The notes: generated by a model from the letters alone, not told the origin. 64,000 nucleotides of DNA from Chlorobium sp. (GCA_028277485.1 JANQGE010000057.1:5709-69708); one strand, 5' to 3'. Numbered from the stretch's first letter, positions 28,041-40,326 are shown. Made by a program: numbers and translations.

Positions 28041-31000
28041 TTGGCTGACTTTCGGGGCCAAGTATTGCCTGAATTGAGCGTTTCAACAAATGCCCAGGGT
28101 TTAGTTATTGCCATTGTGGATACTGCATCTGTGCGCGAGATACCATATAATTATACATCCGCTACCGACGGACAGCTATTGTCGTACCTTTTGGGCGAAG
28201 ATAACGCCCGAATGCTCGACGAACTGAGAGATGTCCGTGTCACCGGGCGTTCGGCGAGGCTGTTGATGCGTATCATCGGCGGGGTTCTTATCCACCGGAG
28301 AAACCCTTACTTGTTTCAGGAGCTTGTTAATTTGCCTCCGCGCAGAAAGAGGCTCTTTCAACAAGCTTTCAAGGATCTCGATACCATTGAAGGTTCTGCG
28401 AACGGAGAGCAGCGGGTTTTATCGATTGTTGCAACGCTGAGAAAGCTCCTTGATAAGTTTCAGGCTGAGGTGGAAAGGGTTCCAGAGTTCAGAAGACACC
28501 TGAAAAGAGAATTCGGGGCTATTGTTGGGGCAAAAAATGTTCTGTTCGATCCGTTCACGCTTGTTTCCCACGCAACCGATGCCACAGACTGGCGCCTGCA
28601 TCTTCCGGTTGCGGTGGCAACCCCTGATGATGAGGCCCAGGTTGGTTCCCTGCTTGTGGCGACAGGAAGGCTTGGACTGAAAGCAATTCCAAGAGGGGCC
28701 GGTACGGGGCTGACCGGGGGTTCTGTTCCGCTTCGTCCGGATTGTGTGATCATCAATACAGAAAAGCTTGACAGGATAAGGGGGATTCATGAACGTGAGT
28801 TTCAGCTTGACGGCGGAGAAACGGTTTCTGCGCCGGTTATAGAGGTTGAGGCGGGTGTCGTCACAGAAAAAGCCATGGCTTATGCCAGCAGCCGCGGTCT
28901 TGTGTTCGCCACCGATCCTACAAGCGAGTGGTCCTGCACTGTCGGCGGAAATATTGCTGAAAATGCCGGAGGAAAAAAGGCTGTCAGATGGGGAACCTGC
29001 ATCGATAATCTTGTCGAGTGGGTTATGGCAATGCCATCGGGGGAAAGCTGGAGGGTTCGCAGGACCAACCACAGACTTCGCAAGATCATGCCGGATGATA
29101 CCGTTATCTACGAAGTGCTGGACCGTACAGGGGAGCTCATCAGGCGCATCGAACTGTGCGGTACCGATATTCGAAAAAAAGGTCTCTGGAAAGATATTAC
29201 CAACAAGGCTCTGGGCGGTGTGCCCGGCCTGCAGAAAGAAGGTACTGACGGAGTGATCACTTCCGCTTTTTTTGTGTTGTACCCGAAGTATGAAGATACA
29301 GCAACACTGTGCCTTGAATTTTTCGGGCCCGATATGGATGAGGCGAGCCGGGTTATTGTGGCGCTGTCGAGGATTTTTCCTCTTTCAACAGATAACAAAG
29401 AGGCATTGCTTGCCCTGGAGCATTTCGACGACGAGTATATCAGGGCGATTGACTACAAGGTCAAGGCGCCCCGTGCCCAGATGCCCAAAGCGGTGTTGCT
29501 GATCGATATTGCAGGCCATAAACCGGAAGAAGTAAAAGCCGGAATCAGCAGAGTTGAGAAGCTGCTTGAACAGCATCCAAACACACTGCTGTTTATTGCC
29601 TCTGATGCAGAAGAGGCACAGCGTTTCTGGGCTGACCGAAAGAAGCTCAGTGCGATTGCACGCAGAACCAACGCATTCAAACTCAATGAGGATGTGGTTA
29701 TTCCCCTTGATGCCCTTGCTGAATTCTCTCGCTTTGTCGATGCGTTGAATATTGAAGAGGAGCGTTATTCGCAGCTTTGTTTCATTGATACGGTACTGGT
29801 CCTGCTGCATGATGCGGATATGGAGGAGGATGGAGAGCAGTTTGCCTCGAAGATACCTCCTGCCAGGGCTCTCTGCTCTGCAACAGGGGAAAAGCTCAGT
29901 ACTTCCGATGAGAAGGCCCTGCGCACCCTTGCTGAAGTACAGGAGTTCCGCAATGAGTTCAATGAGCTGTTTCACGGTTATCCCCATATCGTAAAGGCTT
30001 TCGATGACGCGTTTCAGTATGTGCGTGACCGGCGCATTGTCATTGCTACGCACATGCATGCAGGGGACGGTAACATACATGTTAACATACCTGTCCTCTC
30101 GAATGACCAGCCGATGCTCCGCCGGGCTGATCAGGTTGTTGACAAGGTAATGGCAAAAGTGGTTTCTCTTGGCGGCGTTGTTTCGGGTGAACACGGAATC
30201 GGTGTGACCAAGCTGAAGTATTTGGATAAAAAGCGCATCGATGAGCTTACAGCTTACAGGAAAACGGTCGATCCGGAAGGTGTCATGAATCCGGGCAAAC
30301 TGGACGATTTCGATGTTCTGGATCATATTTTCACCCCATCGTTCAACCTCCTGGAGCTTGAGGCCAATATTCTGAAAAGGGCAAAGATCGAAGAGCTGTC
30401 CAAGAACGTCGATGTCTGTATCCGCTGCGGCAAATGCAAGACGGATTGCTGTGTTTACTATCCTGCCCGCGGTATGTTTTATCACCCGAGAAACAAGAAC
30501 CTGGCTGTCGGCTCGTTGATCGAGGCGCTTCTCTATGTTGCCCAGCGTGAGCGGTCAACCGATTTTGAACTGCTGCAATGGCTCGAAGATGTCGCCGATC
30601 ATTGCACGATATGTCATAAGTGCCTGAAACCTTGCCCTGTCGATATCGATACCGGAGAAGTTTCGGTTCTTGAGCGCGATATCCTTGAGGCAAGGGGGTA
30701 CAAGCATTTTTCGGCGGTTACGCAGATGACGCTGAAGTATCTCGAAAACCGTTCTCCGTTTGTTAACAAGATGTTCCGCAACGGTGTCGTCCGTATGGGC
30801 GGGGCTGCAATCCGCGCGGGCAACAAGCTTGCCAAGCCTCTTCAGCCGGCTGAAAACCCTTCTTCTTTTTATCCTCTCAAGATGGTGCGTTCATCGGTGC
30901 CGCCTGTTCCGGAAGAGACGCTGCGGGACGTGCTCCCGCATTGCGAGCCGGACCAGGTGCTGGTGTTCGAGCCGGACAGGATGAATGGCAGTACGGTGTT

Positions 31001-31739
31001 TTATTTCCCAGGGTGCGGTTCGGAGAGGATGCATTCCTCCATTTCTATGGCGGCAATTCATCTGCTTCTGGAGACAGGAATCAGGGTTGTGCTGCCGCCG
31101 CCGTTTTTATGCTGCGGTTTTCCGGCCTATGTAAATGCGCAAAACGATCAGCACTCGAAGATTGTGCTTCGCAACACGGTGATCTTTACGCAGATCCGCG
31201 AAATGTTTTCCTACCTTGATTTTGATGCCTGTGTCATTTCCTGCGGAACATGCATGGAGGCTCTGGAGGGGATGGAAACCAGGAAGCTGTTTGGCGGGAG
31301 TATTGTTGATGTTATGATCTATGCAAAGAGCCAGGGCCTGAAGTTGAACGGCAGCGACGATCGCCTGTATCATGCGCCCTGCCATGACTCGCTCGGGGGG
31401 AAAGCCCCGGAAAAACTCAAGGATCTTGGCGGTTTCGGGGTGATTACCCCGGTCGAACACTGCTGTTCAGAGGCCGGCACGCTTGCCCTGTCAAGACCCG
31501 ATATTACCGATTCGATGCTGCAGCGCAAGAGGAACGCTATCGGGGAAGCGAAAAAGGAGACAGGTGATACCGTTATACTGACCAATTGTCCTTCCTGTGT
31601 CCAGGGGCTTGGGAGAAGCCGGGATCTGGGCGTGGAGCCGCTTCATATTGCGGTTGCAATTGCTGAAAAGATTTCGGGCCCCGACTGGAAAGCGCGTTTC
31701 AGAGAGCAGGCGGCAAGAGCAGCCGCTGTAAGATTTTAA
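28041..31739 (+). CDS. Large FAD-linked oxidase / 4Fe-4S / CCG-domain oxidoreductase (DUF3683-type N-terminus)
   Basis: REIPYNYTS, PRGAGTGLTGG, HAGDGNIH, SGEHGIG, CxxCxxC clusters and CCG domains. True start may be GTG 28116 or 28131. Confidence 0.9.
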   Translation: MADFRGQVLPELSVSTNAQGLVIAIVDTASVREIPYNYTSATDGQLLSYLLGEDNARMLDELRDVRVTGRSARLLMRIIGGVLIHRRNPYLFQELVNLPPRRKRLFQQAFKDLDTIEGSANGEQRVLSIVATLRKLLDKFQAEVERVPEFRRHLKREFGAIVGAKNVLFDPFTLVSHATDATDWRLHLPVAVATPDDEAQVGSLLVATGRLGLKAIPRGAGTGLTGGSVPLRPDCVIINTEKLDRIRGIHEREFQLDGGETVSAPVIEVEAGVVTEKAMAYASSRGLVFATDPTSEWSCTVGGNIAENAGGKKAVRWGTCIDNLVEWVMAMPSGESWRVRRTNHRLRKIMPDDTVIYEVLDRTGELIRRIELCGTDIRKKGLWKDITNKALGGVPGLQKEGTDGVITSAFFVLYPKYEDTATLCLEFFGPDMDEASRVIVALSRIFPLSTDNKEALLALEHFDDEYIRAIDYKVKAPRAQMPKAVLLIDIAGHKPEEVKAGISRVEKLLEQHPNTLLFIASDAEEAQRFWADRKKLSAIARRTNAFKLNEDVVIPLDALAEFSRFVDALNIEEERYSQLCFIDTVLVLLHDADMEEDGEQFASKIPPARALCSATGEKLSTSDEKALRTLAEVQEFRNEFNELFHGYPHIVKAFDDAFQYVRDRRIVIATHMHAGDGNIHVNIPVLSNDQPMLRRADQVVDKVMAKVVSLGGVVSGEHGIGVTKLKYLDKKRIDELTAYRKTVDPEGVMNPGKLDDFDVLDHIFTPSFNLLELEANILKRAKIEELSKNVDVCIRCGKCKTDCCVYYPARGMFYHPRNKNLAVGSLIEALLYVAQRERSTDFELLQWLEDVADHCTICHKCLKPCPVDIDTGEVSVLERDILEARGYKHFSAVTQMTLKYLENRSPFVNKMFRNGVVRMGGAAIRAGNKLAKPLQPAENPSSFYPLKMVRSSVPPVPEETLRDVLPHCEPDQVLVFEPDRMNGSTVFYFPGCGSERMHSSISMAAIHLLLETGIRVVLPPPFLCCGFPAYVNAQNDQHSKIVLRNTVIFTQIREMFSYLDFDACVISCGTCMEALEGMETRKLFGGSIVDVMIYAKSQGLKLNGSDDRLYHAPCHDSLGGKAPEKLKDLGGFGVITPVEHCCSEAGTLALSRPDITDSMLQRKRNAIGEAKKETGDTVILTNCPSCVQGLGRSRDLGVEPLHIAVAIAEKISGPDWKARFREQAARAAAVRF

Positions 31740-31745
31740 GCCTGC

Positions 31746-31987
31746 TGTGCTCCGTTCGCCTTGCACTTGAACCGCTCATGACGGTGCCCTGAAGAATCCT
31801 TTCTGTTTCATAGATGAGTGAGAAAGCATTCAGGGAGCGGAGTGCCTGGCGGGAAGGTGGTGTGCCTCGGCATATGGAGAATTGCTTCTTTTTATGTAAG
31901 ATATAATCCCTGCTTTTCAGGGTGCCCCTTTTGCGTGCCCTGATTACTCTGCTGGACGGATGGGAAGGGGTTATGCTGGAGGTGCCC
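31746..31987 (-). mobile_element. Two partial MITE-like repeats (family A) at 31746-31789 and 31920-31987
   Basis: TGTGCTCCGTTCGCCTTGCACTTGAACCGCTCATGACGGTGCCC; GGGTGCCCC-TTTTGCGTGCCCTGATTAC...GAGGTGCCC. Confidence 0.65.
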
Positions 31988-32011
31988 TTTAATGTGAAAC
32001 GTGCACAAAAC

Positions 32012-33265
32012 ATGTTTGATGAAATTGAATTTGAAAAGATAAAACGGCTTCCGAAGTATGTCTTTGCGGCAGTTGACGAGCTGAAAATGGCTGAAAGGCG
32101 GGCCGGAGAGGATGTTATAGATTTTTCAATGGGAAACCCTGACGGCCCGACGCCCCGGCACATTATCGACAAGCTTATTGAAAGTGTGCAGAAACCGAGG
32201 ACACACGGCTATTCCGCTTCCAAAGGCATTTACAAGCTCCGTCTGGCTATCTGCGGCTGGTATCTCAACAAGTTCGGGGTGGAGCTGGATCCCGACACAG
32301 AGGTGGTTGCTTCAATGGGTTCAAAAGAGGGATATGTGAACCTGGTCCAGGCGATCACTAACCCCGGTGATGTCGCCATGGTGCCGGACCCGTGTTATCC
32401 CATCCATTCGCAGGCTTTTATTCTTGCCGGCGGCAATGTGCACCGCTTCAGATTGGTAACAAGAGACGATTTTACACTTGACGAGGGGGCTTTTTTCCGC
32501 AACGTCGAGACAGTAATGCGTGAATCCTCACCCAAACCGAAATATCTGGTGGTGAATTTTCCCAATAACCCGACAACCGCTACGGTTGATCTTGCCTTTT
32601 ATGAAAAGCTGGTTGCGGTTGCGCGAGAAGAACGGTTTTATGTCATCAGCGATATTGCGTATGCCGAAATAACGTTTGACGGATATCAGGTTCCGTCTAT
32701 TCTGCAGGTTCCCGGAGCTAAAGATGTTGCGATTGAAAGCTATACCCTTTCGAAGACCTACAACATGGCCGGCTGGCGGGTTGGTTTTCTCGTAGGCAAT
32801 CCGAAACTTGTGGGGGCGCTGGCGAGAATCAAAAGCTGGCTTGATTACGGCATGTTTACTCCGATACAGGTGGCTTCGACCATAGCGCTTAACGAGAGCC
32901 AGTCTTGTGTGGAAGAGATCAGGGAGACCTACCGCAAACGCCGGGATGTTCTTCTCAAGAGCTTTTTAAACGCCGGCTGGCACATTGCAAAACCAAGGGC
33001 ATCCATGTTTGTCTGGGCAAGAATTCCCGAGTCTTTCCGGGAGCTCGGCAGCCTCGAGTTCAGTAAAAGGCTTTTGAAGGAAGCCAAGGTCGCAGTAAGT
33101 CCGGGGATTGGGTTCGGTCCTTATGGGGATGAATATGTGAGAATCGCCCTGATTGAGAACGAGGAAAGGATCCGCCAGGCGGCAAGAAATGTGAAGAGGT
33201 TTCTGAGATCGCACAGGGAGAGGGAGGTCAGGAGCATGAAGCAGGGAGTTGCGGAAAGAGAATAG
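32012..33265 (+). CDS. alaC: Class I/II PLP aminotransferase (AlaC/YfdZ or DapL-like)
   Basis: RLPKYVF...DFSMGNPDG, DIAYA and TLSKTYNMAGWRVG (PLP lysine). Start moved to ATG 32012 because the upstream in-frame extension is MITE sequence. Confidence 0.85.
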   Translation: MFDEIEFEKIKRLPKYVFAAVDELKMAERRAGEDVIDFSMGNPDGPTPRHIIDKLIESVQKPRTHGYSASKGIYKLRLAICGWYLNKFGVELDPDTEVVASMGSKEGYVNLVQAITNPGDVAMVPDPCYPIHSQAFILAGGNVHRFRLVTRDDFTLDEGAFFRNVETVMRESSPKPKYLVVNFPNNPTTATVDLAFYEKLVAVAREERFYVISDIAYAEITFDGYQVPSILQVPGAKDVAIESYTLSKTYNMAGWRVGFLVGNPKLVGALARIKSWLDYGMFTPIQVASTIALNESQSCVEEIRETYRKRRDVLLKSFLNAGWHIAKPRASMFVWARIPESFRELGSLEFSKRLLKEAKVAVSPGIGFGPYGDEYVRIALIENEERIRQAARNVKRFLRSHREREVRSMKQGVAERE

Positions 33266-33310
33266 GTAAAAGGAAAGAATCTGAACGGCGGCAAGCGACC
33301 GATAACGGGC

Positions 33311-34906
33311 TCACTCCGGCAGTTCTTCTACAGCAAAGATTTCCTTGATTGCGTCTGGAATCGAGTGCAGGACATCTTCGGATGAAACGAGGCTCGAAAC
33401 CGTGGAAGCAAGGTCTCCCGCACGGCCGTGAAACCATGCAGCAGTGGCGCCGGCGTTAAAGGTGTCGAGACCTTTCGCGGCAAGCGCACCGATCATACCC
33501 GCAAGTACATCACCCGTTCCGGCTGTTGAGAGGGCTTCCGTACCGCTGTTGTTGATGAGGATGTCTCCCGAAGGACAGGCGATACAGGTAGGGCTGCCTT
33601 TCAGCAAAAGGTTGACATTGTTTGCCTCGGTAAACCTGCGGATGATCCCGAGACGGTCAGCCTGTATTTCAGCGGCAGGGAGGTTTGCAAGCCTGCTGAA
33701 TTCTCCGGCATGAGGTGTGAGCAGGGTGTCCCGGAAATCGTGCTTTTCGAGAGAAAAGCTGTTTTGGGAAACGGCAAAGAGCGCGTCGGCATCGAGAACA
33801 AGTTTTTTTGATGCCACAACCGGGTCTGCAAGGAGTTGATGCAGCAGCGAGATGGTGCCGGGTGCCCTTCCAAGGCCGCATCCCATGACAATGGCGTCGG
33901 CCCACGACGCCTTTTCGATGATTGATTCGTAATCTCTTCCGGTCACCGTTGCAGAGGGTGCGTAGGTATGCAGCGGCCCGGCCAGTTCAGCGGGCAGCGA
34001 AACGCAGACATAGCCTGCTCCTGTGGCGGTTGCGGCTTTTGCGGCGAGCAACGAGGCTCCGAGCATTGAGCTGTTGCGGTTTTGCGAACCTGCTATGATG
34101 AGCAGCTTTCCGTTATTGTGCTTGGCCCCGCCAGGAGGGCGGAGAATGAAGTTCTCCGAGGCGAATTCCCTGTCGGTCAGATGGCATCCGCAATCGCTGG
34201 CAAGAAATTTCGGTATTGAAATTTCGGCGATATGTATCTCGCCGGAAAGTTCAGGGCCTGAATTCAGGAAAAACCCGGTTTTCAGGTAAGCCATACAGAC
34301 GGTAAGGTCTGCGTTTACCGCAGGGGAGGATGCAAAGCCGCGGGTCGCGTCAAGGCCGCTGGGCAGGTCCAGGGCAATGGTGGCGGCCGAGCTCCGTTCA
34401 CGAATGCTGTTGATAAGTGCGACGGCCTGCTTGACAGGGTCTTTCAATGCATCACCTTCGGCTTTCAAACTCAGTCCTGTACCAAGCACCGCGTCGACAA
34501 TGCCGTCGTAGCGGGCTTCGGCAACAAACGGCAACGCTTCATCATGACCGTTGAAAATCCGCACCTTATCGGTATGAGCGCTGTAAGCGTCTACAATGGC
34601 CAGACCGTCACGGTTAAGCGAAGCAAGGCTTTCAGGAGGGTAGAGCAGTACCAGATCAACCGCGGCTCCGAGATTGAGCAGGTGGCGGGCAAGCACGAAA
34701 CCATCTCCCCCGTTGTTTCCCTTTCCGCAGACAATCAGAAATGCCCGTTCACCGAACCCTTCATCCCTTTTATCGAAGGATTCCCTGATGATCCTTGCGG
34801 CCTCCCGGCCGGCAAGCTCCATGAGCCTCGATTCATCCGTATGCAACAGTTCAATCGCGGCACGGTCGGCACGGCTCATCTCTTCAGCTGTCAGGACTGG
34901 GCGCAT
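33311..34906 (-). CDS. nnr: Bifunctional NAD(P)H-hydrate epimerase/dehydratase
   Basis: CGKGNNGGDG, VDAVLGTG, DLPSG, VLDADAL, LTPHAGEF and AGTGDVLAG. Confidence 0.95.
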   Translation of the reverse strand: MRPVLTAEEMSRADRAAIELLHTDESRLMELAGREAARIIRESFDKRDEGFGERAFLIVCGKGNNGGDGFVLARHLLNLGAAVDLVLLYPPESLASLNRDGLAIVDAYSAHTDKVRIFNGHDEALPFVAEARYDGIVDAVLGTGLSLKAEGDALKDPVKQAVALINSIRERSSAATIALDLPSGLDATRGFASSPAVNADLTVCMAYLKTGFFLNSGPELSGEIHIAEISIPKFLASDCGCHLTDREFASENFILRPPGGAKHNNGKLLIIAGSQNRNSSMLGASLLAAKAATATGAGYVCVSLPAELAGPLHTYAPSATVTGRDYESIIEKASWADAIVMGCGLGRAPGTISLLHQLLADPVVASKKLVLDADALFAVSQNSFSLEKHDFRDTLLTPHAGEFSRLANLPAAEIQADRLGIIRRFTEANNVNLLLKGSPTCIACPSGDILINNSGTEALSTAGTGDVLAGMIGALAAKGLDTFNAGATAAWFHGRAGDLASTVSSLVSSEDVLHSIPDAIKEIFAVEELPE

Positions 34907-34912
34907 GACGTA

Positions 34913-37195
34913 TCACAAGGTTTCAAGTTCATCGAGATGGAGCGCCTCCTCGAGGGCGTTGTAATAGGCTTGCAGCAGTTCTTCAGTCGTGAATGAGAGC
35001 GTTTCTTTGCCGTTTATCTCTATTGAGGCGTCTTTTTCGCGAACCTGGCCGATAACCCTTGCGGAAATGCCGTACCGGTGTGCCAGGTCGATTGTTTTTA
35101 CGGCGTTTTCGGGCTGAAGGCTCAGGAGTACGCGGCCCTGGGCTTCAGAAAAGAGGAGCTCCTGAGCGAATGAGCTGTTTTTTTCACTGGATTCAAGGTC
35201 TACGGCAAAGCCGAGCGGGCTTGGCTTGTCCATGACGGCCTTCTCGACAAGTGCGGTAAAAAGACCGCCGTCGGAAATGTCGTGTGCTGAGCTCAGCATG
35301 CGTGACTGTGCGAGAACAACAAGAAGTTCCTGAAGTTTGCGTTCCTGTTCGAGATCGAATGCCGGGGCATCGCATCCCGGAGTTCCATATTGCAGGACAA
35401 GGTATTCCGACCCGTCGAGTGTAAGCGGCGGATCTCCAAGCATGAGGATCGCGTCACCGGGTTTCCTGAATGTGGAGACGGTGAGATTGTCGATGTTGTC
35501 CAGGAGGCCGATCATTCCTATGACAGGAGTGGGATATACTGCGGTGCCGGTCAGCGATGATTCGTTGTAGAAACTCACGTTGCCGCCGGTAACCGGTGTA
35601 TTGAATGCCCTGCAGGCTTCTCCCATGCCTTCGACGGAGGCCTTGAACTGAAAATAAACATCCGGTTTATAAGGGTTGCCGAAATTAAGGCAGTTGGTTA
35701 TGGCCAGGGGTCTGGCTCCGGAACATGCAATGTTCCGCGCGCACTCGGCGACGGCGATCATGCCGCCTTTTTTCGGGTTGAGATAGACATAACGGGCATT
35801 GCAGTCCGTTTTCATCGCCAACGCCTTTTTCGTCTCCTTGATGCGGATCACTGCCGCGTCGGTACGGCCTGCGGCGGTTACGGTATTGGTCTGCACCATC
35901 GAGTCGTACTGCTGGTAAACCCACTGTTTGCTGGCAATGTTGGGGTGGGACAGCAGACGCAGGCTCACGGAATGCAGATCAAGCGAGCTGTCGGGAACAA
36001 GATCAGCGGGAGAAGTATCCGGTTTTTTTTCAACCGTCTCGCGGATGTATACAGGGGCGCCGCCGCCAAGCACGAGTGATTTCGCAGGTATTTCAGCAAC
36101 GACAGAGCCGCGGTGTTTTACCCTGAGCTGATTGTCCGCGGTAACTTTTCCGATCACAACGGCATGAACGTCCCATTTTTTGTACACATCGATGATTTTC
36201 TGTTCGTATCCTTTTGCTGCGACGATGAGCATGCGCTCCTGGGATTCAGAGAGCATGATTTCGTAAGCGCTCATATCTTTTTCACGGATGGGCGCGAGAT
36301 CCAGATCGATTTCGATGCCTCCTGAACCGTTTTTACTGATGCCCCTGGAGCTCATTTCCGAGGTGGAGCTGGTTAGGCCTGCCGCGCCCATATCCTGAAG
36401 CCCGACGACACGGCCGGTGGCAATAGCTTCAAGGGTTGCTTCAAGCAGAAGCTTTTCGGCAAAAGGGTCGCCGACCTGTACGCTGGGGCGTTTGTCTTCC
36501 GAGGCCTCGCTCAGGTCTTCGGATGCAAATGTTGCACCGTGGATGCCGTCTTTTCCGGTTGATGAGCCGACAATGAGTACGGGATTTCCTTCCCCCTCGG
36601 CAGTTGCACTGACGGTATTATGGTGTTCCACAAGACCGACGGACATAGCATTGACCAGGGGGTTGCCTGTATAACAGTCTTCAAAGTAGATTTCCCCGCC
36701 GACAGTTGGTACTCCGAAAGAGTTGCCGTAATCACCGATCCCCCTGACGACACCGTCAACAAGATAGCGTACTCTCGGGTCTTTGGGAGACCCGAAACGA
36801 AGAGAATTCAATGCAGCAACCGGTCTGGCGCCCATGGTGAAAATATCACGGTGTATCCCTCCGACCCCTGTCGCAGCACCTTGATAGGGCTCAACAGCGG
36901 AAGGGTGGTTGTGGGACTCGATTTTAAATGCGACCGCCAGGTTGTCTCCTATATCTACGAGCCCGGCGTTTTCTTCTCCGGCAGTAGCAAGCAGGCTCCC
37001 TCCGTCACGAGGGAGTGATTTCAGTACAGCAATGGAGTTTTTGTAGCTGCAGTGTTCGGACCACATGACAGAAAAAATACCCAGTTCGGTGAAAGTCGGG
37101 GTTCGTCCGAGAATATCGAGAATTTTACCGTACTCTTCTTCGCTAAGACCATGCTCCGTAGCGAGTTCAAGGGTTACGTCGGGTTCATGTACCAT
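34913..37195 (-). CDS. purL: Phosphoribosylformylglycinamidine synthase subunit PurL
   Basis: [30 protein letters not shown] and GGNVSFYN. Confidence 0.97.
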   Translation of the reverse strand: MVHEPDVTLELATEHGLSEEEYGKILDILGRTPTFTELGIFSVMWSEHCSYKNSIAVLKSLPRDGGSLLATAGEENAGLVDIGDNLAVAFKIESHNHPSAVEPYQGAATGVGGIHRDIFTMGARPVAALNSLRFGSPKDPRVRYLVDGVVRGIGDYGNSFGVPTVGGEIYFEDCYTGNPLVNAMSVGLVEHHNTVSATAEGEGNPVLIVGSSTGKDGIHGATFASEDLSEASEDKRPSVQVGDPFAEKLLLEATLEAIATGRVVGLQDMGAAGLTSSTSEMSSRGISKNGSGGIEIDLDLAPIREKDMSAYEIMLSESQERMLIVAAKGYEQKIIDVYKKWDVHAVVIGKVTADNQLRVKHRGSVVAEIPAKSLVLGGGAPVYIRETVEKKPDTSPADLVPDSSLDLHSVSLRLLSHPNIASKQWVYQQYDSMVQTNTVTAAGRTDAAVIRIKETKKALAMKTDCNARYVYLNPKKGGMIAVAECARNIACSGARPLAITNCLNFGNPYKPDVYFQFKASVEGMGEACRAFNTPVTGGNVSFYNESSLTGTAVYPTPVIGMIGLLDNIDNLTVSTFRKPGDAILMLGDPPLTLDGSEYLVLQYGTPGCDAPAFDLEQERKLQELLVVLAQSRMLSSAHDISDGGLFTALVEKAVMDKPSPLGFAVDLESSEKNSSFAQELLFSEAQGRVLLSLQPENAVKTIDLAHRYGISARVIGQVREKDASIEINGKETLSFTTEELLQAYYNALEEALHLDELETL

Positions 37196-37221
37196 ATTGT
37201 GTTTGTTTTCGGCTCGTCGTT

Positions 37222-40200
37222 TTACCTGCCGCAGCAGTTTTTGTATTTTTTGCCGCTTCCGCAGGGGCAGGGTTCGTTCCGTCCCGGTGTTTTTTCCGCC
37301 CTTACCGGCTGCAGAGACTGCTTCGTGGTCTCCCTGCTGTTGCGTCCCTGTTTTGCTTTGTCCTGACGGGCTTCAGCCTGGGCGGCGGAACTGCTATAGG
37401 TTGTTTCCGCCTTGTCGTGGCGGGTGACCAGGCGATCGTGGCGCAGCTGCGACTTTTTACGTTCTGCCTCGATCTGCTGTTGGGCTTCTTCCGTCACGGG
37501 GAAGAGCTTGAAAGCCAGCGACAGGGTTTCATTCTCGATATCGCGGAGCATATCAACGAAAAGCTTGTAAGCCTCCTGCTTGTATTCAAGCAGCGGGTCC
37601 TTCTGGCCGTATGCTCTCAGGTTGATGCCTTCCTTGAGGGTATCTGTTTCCCTGAGATGTTCACGCCATTTCTGGTCGATGACACTCAACACGGCATATT
37701 TCTCGATCTGCCGCATAAGGTCTTCGGGGATTGCCGTCTCCTTGCGTTTATAGAAGTCGAGCGCGGCATGGTAAAGGTTTTCAGCGGCTTTTTCATTGCC
37801 GCTGCTTTCAAATGTTTTTTCGTCGATCCTGAATTCCACGGAAAGATCCCTCAGCACCTGTTCTTCGAGACCCTGCACATCATAGTCCCGGGAGTGACGG
37901 TTAATGATGTTTTCTGCATAATCGTGAAGCAGGTCAAAAATATCCGCGGTCAGACGCGTTTTGGTAAGCGCACCACGACGCCGTTTGTATATCACCTCAC
38001 GCTGCTGGTTGAGCACGTCGTCATACTCGAGAAGACGTTTACGTATGGAAAAGTTCTGCTCTTCGACCTTTTTCTGGGCGCGTTCAATCGACTTGGTAAC
38101 CATTGAATGTTCAATAACGTCACCTTCCTCATGACCAAGCTTGTCCATGACGGAAATAACCCTGTCCGAACCGAAAAGCCGCATCAGGTTATCTTCCAGG
38201 GAAACATAAAATATGGATTCGCCAGGATCCCCCTGTCGTCCGGACCGGCCTCGAAGCTGTCGGTCGATTCTCCGGGACTCATGCCTTTCCGATCCAAGAA
38301 TAAAAAGCCCTCCCATTTCCCTGACGCCTTCGCCAAGCTTGATATCCGTGCCTCGTCCAGCCATGTTGGTTGCAATCGTAACGGCGCCTTTTTGTCCGGC
38401 GGTAGCGACAATTTCCGCCTCCCGTTCATGCTGTTTGGCGTTAAGGACATTATGTTCGACTTTTTTTGCACGAAGCATTCTTGAAAGGGTCTCGGATACC
38501 TCGACACTGGCGGTTCCAACAAGTACCGGCTGGCTTTTCTTCTGCAGTTCGGTAATCTTGCTGATTATGGCCGCATATTTTTCTCTGCGTGTTTTGTAGA
38601 CATAATCGTCCCGGTCCGTCCGGATAACCGGCCTGTTGGTTGGGATGACGACAACGTCGAGTTTGTAAATACCGTAGAACTCCGCCGATTCGGTTTCTGC
38701 CGTGCCGGTCATGCCGGAAAGTTTCTTGTAAAGGCGGAAAAAATTTTGAATGGTAATGGTGGCGAGAGTCTGGGTTTCCCCCTCGATTTTGACGCTTTCC
38801 TTGGCTTCGATCGCCTGATGAAGCCCGTCGCTGTAACGTCTTCCGGGAAGGATACGGCCGGTGAATTCGTCGACGATCATGACCTGCCCATTCTGTACGA
38901 CATACTCATCGTCTTTTTCAAACAGCGAATACGCCTTGAGCAGCTGGCTGATGTTGTGGAGTTTTTCCGAACGTTCGGAAAAAAGCCGGTAAATCTCATC
39001 CTTTTTCCGGATTCTCTGCTGAGCGTCAAGTGACGGATCACTTTCTATTGCGGCTATTTCCACACCTACGTCAGGGACAAGAAAGAGGTCGTTATCCTGA
39101 TGACTGAGCTTGCTGAGAAAGTCTCGACCCTTATCGGTCAAGTCGATCGAGTTTGATTTCTCGTCTATGGAGAAATACAGCTCATCATCAACCTCATGCA
39201 TTCTCCTTGCATTGTCCTTGAGATACTCATTTTCAACACTTTGTATCAGCTTGGCCATGCCTGTCTGCGACAGCATTTTGATCAGGCGGCTGCTCTTCGG
39301 GTGTCCCCGTTTGGCGCGCAGGAGGTCGAGGCCTGCCTGAAAGTCGTCGGAATCCTTCCCGACAAGCTTTTCAGCTTCAGACAGGTACCCGGCGATCAGG
39401 TTCTGCTGGGCTTTGACCAGGCGTTCGATCCAGGGTTTGATCTCGGTGAACTTGGCGGTGTCCGAGTCGGGAACTGGCCCTGAAATAATGAGAGGTGTTC
39501 GTGCTTCGTCGATCAGGACGCTGTCAACCTCGTCGACGATGGCGTAATAATAGTTCCGCTGGACAAGATCGGCGGGTGAACCAGCCATGTTGTCCCGGAG
39601 ATAATCGAAACCGAACTCGTTGTTTGTCCCGTAGGTTATATCGCATTCGTACTCTTTTTTCCTTTCATCCGGGCGCATTCGGCTGAGTATGACGCCCGTT
39701 GTCAGACCGTGAAACTCGAATATCGGATTCATCCACTCCCTGTCCCGCCGGGCGAGGTAATCGTTTACGGTGACGATGTGGACGCCTCTCCCGGTAAGGG
39801 CGTTGAGAAAAGCCGGTAGCGTGGATACCAGGGTTTTGCCTTCACCCGTGGCCATTTCGGCTATTTTTCCCTGGTGCAGGACAATGCCTCCGATCAGCTG
39901 CACATCATAGGGAATCATATCCCAGGTCATGGGGTGTTCCATAACCTCGTAATTGTATCCCACGAGCCTTCTGCAGGTATCTTTCACAATCGCGAAGGTT
40001 TCAGGCAAAACCTCCTCGAGTGCAGCCTTTGTTTCGGCTTCATAGGCTGCATCAAGTTCATCGAGCTCCCTGTTTATGCTCTCGATCTGGCTGAAATTGA
40101 TATCAGGGTTTTCGAGTTCGCCGAGGAGATCGTTTTTCTGCCGTTGAAGCTCGGTCAGCCGTTTTTGTACGCTTGATTTCAGCGCCTGGCTTTTAGCTCG

Positions 40201-40326
40201 GAGTTCATCGTCACCGAGGTCATGGAGTGTGGCGCAAATCTCATTGATGCGATCAACAAGGGGAAGAATTTTTTTTATGTCCTTATCGTGCTTTGAGCCA
40301 AATATTTTTTCGAAAATTTTAAGCAT
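37222..40326 (-). CDS. secA: Preprotein translocase subunit SecA
   Basis: [35 protein letters not shown] and C-terminal SEC-C motif [13 protein letters not shown]. Confidence 0.98.
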   Translation of the reverse strand: MLKIFEKIFGSKHDKDIKKILPLVDRINEICATLHDLGDDELRAKSQALKSSVQKRLTELQRQKNDLLGELENPDINFSQIESINRELDELDAAYEAETKAALEEVLPETFAIVKDTCRRLVGYNYEVMEHPMTWDMIPYDVQLIGGIVLHQGKIAEMATGEGKTLVSTLPAFLNALTGRGVHIVTVNDYLARRDREWMNPIFEFHGLTTGVILSRMRPDERKKEYECDITYGTNNEFGFDYLRDNMAGSPADLVQRNYYYAIVDEVDSVLIDEARTPLIISGPVPDSDTAKFTEIKPWIERLVKAQQNLIAGYLSEAEKLVGKDSDDFQAGLDLLRAKRGHPKSSRLIKMLSQTGMAKLIQSVENEYLKDNARRMHEVDDELYFSIDEKSNSIDLTDKGRDFLSKLSHQDNDLFLVPDVGVEIAAIESDPSLDAQQRIRKKDEIYRLFSERSEKLHNISQLLKAYSLFEKDDEYVVQNGQVMIVDEFTGRILPGRRYSDGLHQAIEAKESVKIEGETQTLATITIQNFFRLYKKLSGMTGTAETESAEFYGIYKLDVVVIPTNRPVIRTDRDDYVYKTRREKYAAIISKITELQKKSQPVLVGTASVEVSETLSRMLRAKKVEHNVLNAKQHEREAEIVATAGQKGAVTIATNMAGRGTDIKLGEGVREMGGLFILGSERHESRRIDRQLRGRSGRQGDPGESIFYVSLEDNLMRLFGSDRVISVMDKLGHEEGDVIEHSMVTKSIERAQKKVEEQNFSIRKRLLEYDDVLNQQREVIYKRRRGALTKTRLTADIFDLLHDYAENIINRHSRDYDVQGLEEQVLRDLSVEFRIDEKTFESSGNEKAAENLYHAALDFYKRKETAIPEDLMRQIEKYAVLSVIDQKWREHLRETDTLKEGINLRAYGQKDPLLEYKQEAYKLFVDMLRDIENETLSLAFKLFPVTEEAQQQIEAERKKSQLRHDRLVTRHDKAETTYSSSAAQAEARQDKAKQGRNSRETTKQSLQPVRAEKTPGRNEPCPCGSGKKYKNCCGR

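Noticed and set aside
28041-31739. 1.2-kaa multi-domain FAD/Fe-S protein as a novel fusion
   Set aside because: Matches a known widespread DUF3683/FAD-oxidase/CCG architecture.
31922-32011. N-terminal extension of the aminotransferase ORF (likewise extensions of ugd, rfaE, MBL, pentapeptide and lipoprotein ORFs)
   Set aside because: The extension is MITE or intergenic sequence; family-typical N-termini begin at later ATGs.
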